NCBI RefSeq assembly: GCF_000018105.1
Contig: NC_009925.1
Span: forward strand, 4,980,001-5,012,000
Length of the DNA stretch: 32,000 nt
Reading direction: 5' to 3'
Origin: Acaryochloris marina MBIC11017
GTDB taxonomy: Bacteria; Cyanobacteriota; Cyanobacteriia; Thermosynechococcales; Thermosynechococcaceae
Below are positions 18,454 to 26,155 of the stretch, one piece after another. Position 1 is the first letter of the stretch; each line of letters begins with the position of its first letter. The notes beneath the pieces are model-generated. The model saw only the letters and a program-made list of their open reading frames with translations, did not search any database and was not told the DNA's origin. Made by a program: the position numbers and the translations under genes.

Positions 18454-18854
18454 CGGATATGGCGCTGAATAAGAAAAACATCAGGTTCAACACCATATCG
18501 CAAATCCAATATGTAAGAGGTCTATTGAGTCGTGGAAAATGAGCTTGTCCTGTCTATCGTCCGATGGTGATGGCCTAAGCTCGTACAATCCCAGGCAAGA
18601 CCTGGTATGTGCTTCCCTCAACATTAACGATCCAGTCTTTAGGGCTGAGTGCTGAGATGAATTTTCAATTTACCCGGATGCTTAGTCATGCTGTGATTGG
18701 GGGCATACTCTAAAGGTCCGCTTTTTTGTCCCTATTGATGGTACTAATAGAGCCAAATCCTCTTTAAAAAGTGGGTGAGATAGTGGCTGCTTTTTTGCCT
18801 ATCCCAGTTTTCAGTTTGTTGGATTGTTTCTGCTGACGAAATCCTTATCAACTC

Positions 18855-19445
18855 ATGCAATACCCATTAACCCTTAAATTCAAGCTTTGGGCCCTCGCCC
18901 CTCAGATTTTTGTGACAGATAGTACCGGCAGTCTAGTACTTTATGTCAAACAGAAACTGTTTAAGTTAAAAGAACAGATTACTGTCTGTGCTGATGAGGC
19001 TCAAACCCAACAGCTCTATAGTATTAGTGCTGATCGCATTATCGACTTTTCGGCTCGGTATCACTTTCGCGATCGCTCGGGCCAAGAACTGGGCTCCGTC
19101 AAACGCAAAGGCATGAAATCTCTCTGGAAAGCCCACTATGACATTGCTGCAGGGCAATCAGAAGCCCCTGTTATGTCGATTCATGAGGAGAACCCTTGGG
19201 TCAAAGTCATGGATGCCCTATTTGCGGAAATTCCGATTTTGGGTATGTTTACGGGCTATCTTTTTAATCCCACTTATTTGGTGACCCGCTCTGATGGCAC
19301 CGTGGTCATGCGCTTTAGTAAAGTCCCCGCTTTTTTGTCTCGAATTTTTACGATCAAACAGGTGGATCAGATGACGGAAGATGAGCAGCAAATGGCCGTC
19401 TTAAGCCTGCTAATGATGATTTTACTAGAGCGACATCGAGGCTAA
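18855..19445 (+). CDS. Hypothetical protein (196 aa), possibly LURP-one-related/scramblase-like (tubby C-terminal-like fold)
   Basis: The pattern KQKLFKLKEQITVCADEAQTQQLYSISADRIIDFSARYHFRDRSGQELGSVKRK, together with the hydrophobic C-terminal helix VLSLLMMILLE, recalls the bacterial YxjI/LOR family. The family call is from memory only. Confidence 0.5.
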   Translation: MQYPLTLKFKLWALAPQIFVTDSTGSLVLYVKQKLFKLKEQITVCADEAQTQQLYSISADRIIDFSARYHFRDRSGQELGSVKRKGMKSLWKAHYDIAAGQSEAPVMSIHEENPWVKVMDALFAEIPILGMFTGYLFNPTYLVTRSDGTVVMRFSKVPAFLSRIFTIKQVDQMTEDEQQMAVLSLLMMILLERHRG

Positions 19446-19449
19446 AACC

Positions 19450-21402
19450 CTAATGAAAATCGGCGTCCCACACCCCGATATAGATCCGATCTTTCTCATT
19501 GCGCTGAATAATCCCTTTTAGCTCACCGACCTGAAACTCGTATTCACGGGCCTGTCTTTGGTAAATCAAAGTTAGTTGCTCCATCACTTCTACTGGAGGA
19601 CGGTCTTTGAGCATGCCTTGCAAGGCCAAGCGGAGAGTGTCGAGTCCTGCTGATTGGGCAAAAGCGGCTTCCGTTTGTCGCAATCGCTGGGTATCTGCAT
19701 CCAACAAGAAACCAAAGTCTGCTTGATGAGGGTGGAGGTTTTTGTACAACAGTCCATAACTATTCGGCCAATAACCTGGACTTTTCAAAGTGGGAGGACC
19801 TAAGGCAGCCTGGATATCTGTATCGGTTACCCCGACACTAAAAACCGGTACCCTGCTATTTTCGGCCAACAACACAACACCACCAGACGCATTAGGTGGT
19901 GTTGATTCTATTGGAGTCGGGGTTGATTTAGGTGAGGCGGATGGACGCTCCTCGATCTGAGTTGAGGGTACAGGAGATTCAGGGGAGATGGAGGGTTGAT
20001 TGGCCGGAATCTGAACGTCTTGTTCAGGCGATGAAGCTAATTCTGTTTGGAGTTGGCGATGCCTAGAGACTGCCCAGATAGCACTACCGATGCCCAATCC
20101 GCTGAGGAGAAGGATGCCGATGAGTTTCCAAGATCGACGGATTGGTCCCACCGAGTGTTTAACCCCTGAAAGATGCTCAGAATGCAGAGGAACCTCTTCC
20201 GGGACTGTTGCTGCTGGAGTAGAATCCTCTTTGTCTAGGGGAAGGGGATTCAAAATGTGGGAGATATGTTGCTCCAGCCAAGTCTGGTCAAATACCAGTC
20301 GATAGATTTGGTTAGCCACTTTAACCTGCTGACCGTCTTGAATGAGAAGCCCCAAACGCAGCAATTCAGCTTCTTCTTCTCCCTGGATGGATGGGGCTTG
20401 CAACTGATGCCAAACAACTTGATAGTAGGTCAACAAATCAATGGGATCGCAGTTGGGATTTTGGAGAACTTGTTCTTCGATGCTGCTGAGATGTTTCGTG
20501 GCAAATCCAGATCGCCAATTATGAATAATTTGGCTCTGGACAAGCTGTTCTACAACAACGGATTCTTCTCCAGCTTCAACGAAGGAACTTGTGCGGACGA
20601 GGTGGGCGACTTTTTGGTTGAGTACAGAGTGATTGTTGGTCCAGGTAAGAATGGCTTCTAACAGTCGATAGGGATAAGCTCCAGCTTTACTTAGATTGAG
20701 AAATTGAAGTCTAATTTTGTCGTAGGGATGGAGCCTATTGCGTTCTCTCTGAATCCATTCAGCATTAAAAACGGACCGAAACAGGGGATGGGCAATGATA
20801 AGGCGGTTATGGCGAAGGGTGACCAGACCCAGGTTAAGTAGTGCCGTTTGTTCTAAGTCTCCAGTGAAGGGAATATCGTAATGGGTAAGAATTTGCTCGT
20901 AAATCTGGAGGAGGGAGTAGGGGTTGGCGAGTTCATTTTCTAGTAGGTATTCCCGCTGATGCTGCCAATATTCTGGGGTATCGAAGTTGATGGCCTGATC
21001 GGTTTCAGATGGCTGGGATTGAGGGGTGCCCTGGAGATGGGTCAGGAAAAAGTTAATTGTTTGGAGCTTAATCCAACCATTGGCTACGGCTAGGACACCA
21101 AACTTGAGTTGGGTTAGGTTTTGTTGCTCTAGGAGGTAGTCAATTTGGGTATCGGTGAGGAGGTGGGCTTGGCGTAAATATTGCTCGAGGGGTAGCGGAT
21201 CAGGATCGTGAAAGAGGGTGGGCCATTGCTCAGCGAAAAAATCAGCAGTGGGTTCTTTTAACCAGCCATGTTCGCAAAGAAGATCACCAAGGCGATGCTG
21301 ATTGATGGTTTGTTCTTGAAGGGCAAGACTGACTTGAGCAACAGAGATTAATCCGGCTTGTTGGAGGACTGCGCCAAGGGGCTTGGTGGATGCTGAAGGC
21401 AT
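19450..21402 (-). CDS. Single-pass membrane protein (650 aa): two N-terminal MshEN-like motif modules, a cytoplasmic repeat region, a TM helix, a Pro/Ser-rich linker and an unknown extracytoplasmic C-terminal domain
   Basis: Residues 8-60 and 71-123 each fit a 24-aa/5-aa/24-aa arrangement, for example PLGAVLQQAGLISVAQVSLALQEQ-TINQH-RLGDLLCEHGWLKEPTADFFAEQW. There are two copies of an LL.LGL......N.IYR.VF...W motif. The TM helix is WKLIGILLLSGLGIGSAIWAV, followed by a PS-rich stretch. Confidence 0.8.
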   Translation of the reverse strand: MPSASTKPLGAVLQQAGLISVAQVSLALQEQTINQHRLGDLLCEHGWLKEPTADFFAEQWPTLFHDPDPLPLEQYLRQAHLLTDTQIDYLLEQQNLTQLKFGVLAVANGWIKLQTINFFLTHLQGTPQSQPSETDQAINFDTPEYWQHQREYLLENELANPYSLLQIYEQILTHYDIPFTGDLEQTALLNLGLVTLRHNRLIIAHPLFRSVFNAEWIQRERNRLHPYDKIRLQFLNLSKAGAYPYRLLEAILTWTNNHSVLNQKVAHLVRTSSFVEAGEESVVVEQLVQSQIIHNWRSGFATKHLSSIEEQVLQNPNCDPIDLLTYYQVVWHQLQAPSIQGEEEAELLRLGLLIQDGQQVKVANQIYRLVFDQTWLEQHISHILNPLPLDKEDSTPAATVPEEVPLHSEHLSGVKHSVGPIRRSWKLIGILLLSGLGIGSAIWAVSRHRQLQTELASSPEQDVQIPANQPSISPESPVPSTQIEERPSASPKSTPTPIESTPPNASGGVVLLAENSRVPVFSVGVTDTDIQAALGPPTLKSPGYWPNSYGLLYKNLHPHQADFGFLLDADTQRLRQTEAAFAQSAGLDTLRLALQGMLKDRPPVEVMEQLTLIYQRQAREYEFQVGELKGIIQRNEKDRIYIGVWDADFH

Positions 21403-21542
21403 GATGATGATCAGCTTAGGGGCTGTCTCAGGGGGCTGGATACTATGACTCTAGTCCATGGAATAAGTTCTAGCTATAAAAATGATTTCAAAAGACTAAA
21501 TTAGGTTATCAATTGAGGAATTATTGGCAGAAGAGAATTTAG

Positions 21543-21672
21543 TAGACCTTATCGGAAATAGCTGAAAGCCTTACTGGGAAAGCGTTTTATTTTTGGAGAA
21601 AAATCGACCTCAAAGACTTACGACATAGACGTTTGAAGTTATTCTCACCCATTTTATTTCCGATAAGGTCTA
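21543..21672. mobile_element. MITE-like element: perfect 18-bp terminal inverted repeats flanking a 94-bp core
   Basis: TAGACCTTATCGGAAATA (21543-21560) is the exact reverse complement of TATTTCCGATAAGGTCTA (21655-21672). The outermost TA on each side could be a TA target duplication, as in IS630/Tc1-type elements. No ORF lies inside. Confidence 0.45.
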
Positions 21673-21786
21673 GTGGCTTTGCTGGATGTGGAAGGCTAAT
21701 AGCTTTGTAAGGCAACGATTGAATATGAGAGTGAGCTGTACGGTCGTTCCTCCCATTGATAGCTTATTGGCAATTAACAAATGAAG

Positions 21787-21800
21787 TGCAAACGTTTGCA
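21787..21800. promoter_or_regulatory. Perfect 14-bp palindrome TGCAAACGTTTGCA; candidate dimeric-regulator operator
   Basis: The self-complementary 14-mer lies in the roughly 700-bp divergent intergenic region between the 650-aa gene and the Cys-rich peptide gene. Confidence 0.25.
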
Positions 21801-22100
21801 TCTAATCTGATTTTCTGTAAGACGGCAACTAGGGAGCTGATCGTTATCCCTAGAGAAAAAGCTAATCTAAGTTAGATCATTATTCTTTTGCCAATACTGC
21901 GTAATTCTTTCTATTGACTCTGAAGAAAGAGTAGCACTTCAAATAGGGAATTAAAGCTGAGACAAGATGGTGTTGGCTGTTTCAATGGTCTCTAGAATCA
22001 AGAAATAACTTGAAACAATCAACATCTGCCCTCAAGTTACTTATCAACCCCCTGAAAGAAATGCTGATTGATTGTATAAATACTGAATTAAGGATGAATT

Positions 22101-22364
22101 ATGGATGACCGACCAGTAACTGAATTAACTGATGGCGAGAAGAAAGAGCTTACTGCCCTTCTTTCTAAGTTCTTCCAGGAAAAGTCGATTGACACGAAAT
22201 CGTTGATTGTTGATGTATCAACAAAAGTAGATCGTGATGAAGAACTATCCTCATCAACTAAAACAAAGCTCTTTTGCCGATGGGGGTGTTGGTCTTGCCA
22301 GGGGCCAGGCCCGTTCCCAGGAGACCCTTGTTTTCCATGGGGTAAATGTTGGGATTGTCGTTAA
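22101..22364 (+). CDS. Leader-plus-core small protein (87 aa) with an acidic, Cys-free N-terminal 55 aa and a Cys/Trp/Pro/Gly-rich C-terminal 32 aa; candidate secreted or modified peptide precursor
   Basis: AGGA lies 6 nt upstream of the ATG. The core is KLFCRWGCWSCQGPGPFPGDPCFPWGKCWDCR, with 6 Cys and 4 Trp. There is no hydrophobic signal peptide. A terminator hairpin follows the gene. Confidence 0.6.
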   Translation: MDDRPVTELTDGEKKELTALLSKFFQEKSIDTKSLIVDVSTKVDRDEELSSSTKTKLFCRWGCWSCQGPGPFPGDPCFPWGKCWDCR

Positions 22365-22440
22365 AAACGACTCTAAATCCAAAGAACAACTGAATTGTTG
22401 ACGATATATACTTAGGATTCCGGTAGAGTCAAATATCTTC

Positions 22441-22482
22441 AAGGCGTAGTGTACAGTGATGTTGACTACGCCTTGCTTTTGG
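22441..22482 (+). terminator. Rho-independent-type hairpin between the peptide gene and the first TPS-domain gene
   Basis: AAGGCGTAGT (22441-22450) pairs perfectly with ACTACGCCTT (22465-22474) across a 14-nt loop. GCTTTTGG follows. The hairpin ends about 17 nt before the ATG at 22499. Confidence 0.55.
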
Positions 22483-22498
22483 GGACTACAATTTTAAA

Positions 22499-25390
22499 AT
22501 GACTCAACATATTCTGAGGTCATATGTACAACTGGGTAGTGCAAGTCTATTCATTGGCTGGACTATCTTCAGCATTGATGTTAGGCACGCTATAGCTCAG
22601 GCTTTACCAGATGCTTCCCTGGGAGCAGAGCGTTCTATAGTTACCCCCAATGTCAATGTTAATAATCGCCCTGCTAGTCTTATTCAAGGGGGAGCTGTAC
22701 GCAATTCGACAACAGTTTTCCACAGCTTTGAGCGTTTTGATATCCCCAAAAATCAAGCCATCTTTTTTGATAATCCCTCAGCTATACGCACAATTATTAG
22801 CCGAGTAACAGGTAACAACCCTTCTCAGATTCTTGGGACATTAGGACTTTGGAACAACATTGCAGGGACAGTTGGTAATGCTGATTTATTCTTCATTAAC
22901 CCTCGTGGCATTGCATTTGGTCCTCAATCCAGCTTAGACCTGAATGGTTCGTTTTTAGCTTCAACAGCAACCTCCATCAATTTCGGGAAAGAGTATCAGT
23001 TTAGTACTATCAATCCAGCTCCTCCTCCGATTTTGACAGTAAATATCCCCACTGGCTTGCAGTTTTCGGGTTCTGAGGCAGCTATTCTAAGTCAGGCTAA
23101 CGTTAACCCTGTTAATCAAACGTTTGGATTGAATGTTCCGCCTGATCGAACCTTAGCGCTGGTTGGAGGGAACATCATAGTACAAGAGGGAAGGCTTTTA
23201 GCTCCTCAGGGGCGTATTGAATTGGGTAGTGTGAAAAATGGCGAAGTTGGCCTTCTGCCCCAATTCAATAGTTGGAAACTAGACTATTCCAACATCGAAA
23301 ACTTTCAAGATATATTGCTTGAACAGCGGTCTGTTGTTAGTGCGACCGGCGTAGGGGGAGGTGAGATTCGTTTGCAGGGCAGGAATGTTCTTATTAATAA
23401 CAATTCAAGGATTTTTGCGACAGTGAATTTTGGCTTTACCTTAGGAGGTACATTAGAAATAGATGCTTCTGAAATTTTTCAGATTAGTAATGGGAGCGGT
23501 GTTTTCACCTCTACTTTGGCAGATGGTGATGCGGGCAGTATTTTAGTCAAAGCCAATAAAGTGTTATTAAAAAATGATGCTGCTATTGTTACAAATTCTG
23601 CTTTTATAGATTTTGATTTTTTTCAAATACGGGCTAATGGAAATAGCGGCAATATTTATATTGATGCACCAGAATCAGTTGAAATTATCAATAATAGTCA
23701 AATCTCAACAACAACGAATACTCCTGGAGACGCTGGTCTAATCAGTATTAAGACAGGCAGGCTGATTGCCAGTGAGTCTTCATTATTCCCAGCAATAAAC
23801 TCTGTGGCAGATATTGGTAGCGAGGGCGAAGCAGGTGATATTAACCTGTTGGCAACTCGATTTATTCAAATTGATAATAGCTCTGTTTCTACTTTTACGG
23901 CTGGTCTAGGAGATGCTGGAGATTTAACAATCAATACACCAAAGCTTCTTTTGGCAAATGGAGGCAGACTTGAGGCTTCAACATTCGGCTCAGGGAAGGG
24001 GGGGGACATTGCTGCTTTCGTATCTGATCAGATTAATATTTCAGGAAATACTCCAAATGCAGACCAACCTAGTGGCATCTTTTCCATAGTTGAGGTGGGA
24101 GCAACTGGTTCAGGTGGTCAACTTCTCTTAAATACAGGCCAATTAAGCATTGAAAAAGGTGGCCAAGTTTCAACCTCTACTGCTGGTCCAGGAGTTGCTG
24201 GCAAGATCGATATTAGGGCATTACAAGGTGTTAGCTTAGCTGATCCTGGAAGTGGGGTGTTTGCCAACACGACTGCGACCGGACAAGGGGGAACAATTTC
24301 ATTTGATACCCCAAATTTCCTGATTGAGAAGGGGGCTGTCGTCAATGCCAGTACTTCTGGAAATGGTCGAGGAGGTAGCATTTTTGTCCAGGCTAATCGT
24401 TTCACGGCTCGTCAAGGCGGCCAGCTTCTATCTACAGCATCTGGTCAGGGGCCAGCAGGGGACATCACTTTACAAGTAAGGGACAACATCACCTTAACTG
24501 GGGCCAATAGTGGATTGTTTGCTAGCACTACACCAGATTCGACTGGGGCTGCGGGCAATATCTTTATCGATCCAATACAGGTGTTGATCGCCAATGGTGC
24601 AGCGGTGTCAGCGACTAGCTTAGGTATGGGTGAAGGGGGAGATATTCAGTTGCGCGCCCGTAATTTAACTCTAGACCAGGGACAGATTACGGCTGAAGCG
24701 GCAGTGGCCCCAGCAGGGGATATTCAGTTGAATATTGACAATTTCTTATTGTTACGAAATGGCAGTTTGATTTCGACGACTGCTGGAGGGGATGCTACGG
24801 GGGGCGATATCAATATTGATGCTCAACTCGTTGCTGCTTTTCCATTTGAGAATAGTGATATTACGGCGAATGCTCTTAGTGGTCCAGGGGGAAATATCAC
24901 TATTACGACTCAAGGTGTTTTCGGCCTAGAGGTCCGAAACACCCTTACGAATGCCAGTGATATTACGGCGTTTTCTCAAACTAACCCCCAACTCAACGGT
25001 ATTGTCGAAATCATCACCCCTGAAGTGGACCCTAGCGAGAATCTGTCTGAACAACCCGAAACGGTTGAAAAGCCGACGGAGATTGCTAGGGGGTGTAAAG
25101 CCCAAACGGCTAGTAGTAGTTTTGTGAGCAAGGGACGTGGTGGTTTGCCCCAAAATCCAGATGCTGCTTTGAGTGGTGAGGCTATCTGGCAGGATCTACG
25201 TGCCCAGGAAATCCAGCCTGCTCAGCAACCCATTAACCAAACATTGCCTCAATCTACTTCACAGACATTTCTTTCCTCGACATCCCAATGGGTAGAGGCT
25301 AAAGCTTGGCAAAGATTATCTAATGGAAAAGTAAAGCTTGTGGGCAATTCAATCAATCAAAATACTTTGCATCCTGTGCCCACTTGCTAG
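22499..25390 (+). CDS. Filamentous-haemagglutinin N-terminal (TPS) domain exoprotein with a right-handed beta-helix repeat body (TpsA-like), copy 1
   Basis: 963-aa ORF. The TPS domain carries SLIQGGAVRNSTTVFHSFERFDIP...IISRVTGNNPSQILG...ADLFFINPRGIAFG...LDLNGSFLAST. It is followed by about 20 Gly/Asn/Ser/Thr-rich coils of about 22 aa (GDI.L...N..L..G..I). The C-terminal module is shared with copy 2. Confidence 0.9.
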   Translation: MTQHILRSYVQLGSASLFIGWTIFSIDVRHAIAQALPDASLGAERSIVTPNVNVNNRPASLIQGGAVRNSTTVFHSFERFDIPKNQAIFFDNPSAIRTIISRVTGNNPSQILGTLGLWNNIAGTVGNADLFFINPRGIAFGPQSSLDLNGSFLASTATSINFGKEYQFSTINPAPPPILTVNIPTGLQFSGSEAAILSQANVNPVNQTFGLNVPPDRTLALVGGNIIVQEGRLLAPQGRIELGSVKNGEVGLLPQFNSWKLDYSNIENFQDILLEQRSVVSATGVGGGEIRLQGRNVLINNNSRIFATVNFGFTLGGTLEIDASEIFQISNGSGVFTSTLADGDAGSILVKANKVLLKNDAAIVTNSAFIDFDFFQIRANGNSGNIYIDAPESVEIINNSQISTTTNTPGDAGLISIKTGRLIASESSLFPAINSVADIGSEGEAGDINLLATRFIQIDNSSVSTFTAGLGDAGDLTINTPKLLLANGGRLEASTFGSGKGGDIAAFVSDQINISGNTPNADQPSGIFSIVEVGATGSGGQLLLNTGQLSIEKGGQVSTSTAGPGVAGKIDIRALQGVSLADPGSGVFANTTATGQGGTISFDTPNFLIEKGAVVNASTSGNGRGGSIFVQANRFTARQGGQLLSTASGQGPAGDITLQVRDNITLTGANSGLFASTTPDSTGAAGNIFIDPIQVLIANGAAVSATSLGMGEGGDIQLRARNLTLDQGQITAEAAVAPAGDIQLNIDNFLLLRNGSLISTTAGGDATGGDINIDAQLVAAFPFENSDITANALSGPGGNITITTQGVFGLEVRNTLTNASDITAFSQTNPQLNGIVEIITPEVDPSENLSEQPETVEKPTEIARGCKAQTASSSFVSKGRGGLPQNPDAALSGEAIWQDLRAQEIQPAQQPINQTLPQSTSQTFLSSTSQWVEAKAWQRLSNGKVKLVGNSINQNTLHPVPTC

Positions 25391-25605
25391 ATCATGTTCT
25401 CTTTTTAGTGCTCTGTAAGGGAAAATCTAAAGCCGCTGTGATCTGAATTACAAACTTATGTTAATATCCGCATAATTTTTTGATGCTCCTCTGAGAGCTA
25501 AATAGCTTTGGTACTACTGAAAATAATCATCTATAAAAACTTAATTAGAAACCTAAGTTCTAGAAAATGTAACTTAACCATTGAATTTATCTCTCAAATA
25601 AATTC

Positions 25606-25772
25606 AACCTGGATTATTCATGACATTTTCAAAAACTTCCAAAATTCTTTCCCCATAATGTTTTTAGCGATCTAAAGAGTGTGACACCTTGATCTTTTTT
25701 AAGAATTCCTGAACTTCTTACCCATTAAGGACTTGAGAAGTGTTCTGTTGTTCCTCGTGAATAATCCAGGTT
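25606..25772. repeat. 15-bp perfect inverted repeat pair flanking about 137 bp of AT-rich non-coding DNA
   Basis: AACCTGGATTATTCA (25606-25620) is the reverse complement of TGAATAATCCAGGTT (25758-25772). A separate small hairpin, TTGAATTTAT/ATAAATTCAA, lies just upstream. Confidence 0.35.
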
Positions 25773-26155
25773 AAGCTCTCTTTTTAGACTCTTAAAAAAG
25801 TACACTATACAATTCCAATAACAAAAAATATAGATATCACCAATGCTTTTCTTAACAACTTCATGAGCACTTCAGACTCTTTATACAGATCATAAAATTA
25901 AATTGTAACTTCTCTAAATATAGCGGTTTTCAGAATTATAGAAACACCAAGAACCTTCCTAACAAGACTTTAAGCTGATCATGTAGTTTCAATAGTTATG
26001 AAATTCGCTATAAGCAAGAATAAATATAGAATCTCACTTACATTTCAATTTACCGGGAAATTATAGCTTATATAATGGAGGTTAGCTAAATATTAAAACC
26101 TATACAACAAGAGATAATCCTTTGATTTTACAAAAAATTATGGTTATTTTATAGT

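Noticed and set aside
20090-20661. Two plus-strand ORFs (71 and 134 aa) inside the 650-aa gene
   Set aside because: They are antisense to a long ORF with internally repeated, recognisable motifs, and are probably spurious.
24118-24405. Minus-strand ORFs inside the two TpsA-like genes (also 24926..25153, 28558..28806, 28933..29325, 30085..30708)
   Set aside because: All are embedded antisense in long repeat-rich ORFs that have strong TPS-domain evidence. Open antisense frames are expected there.
26127-26155. Promoter-like TTTACA-N17-TATAGT directly upstream of the M8 protease ATG
   Set aside because: The spacing is ideal, but the -10 element abuts the start codon, so the transcript would begin inside the ORF. 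In DNA of about 30% G+C such matches arise by chance.
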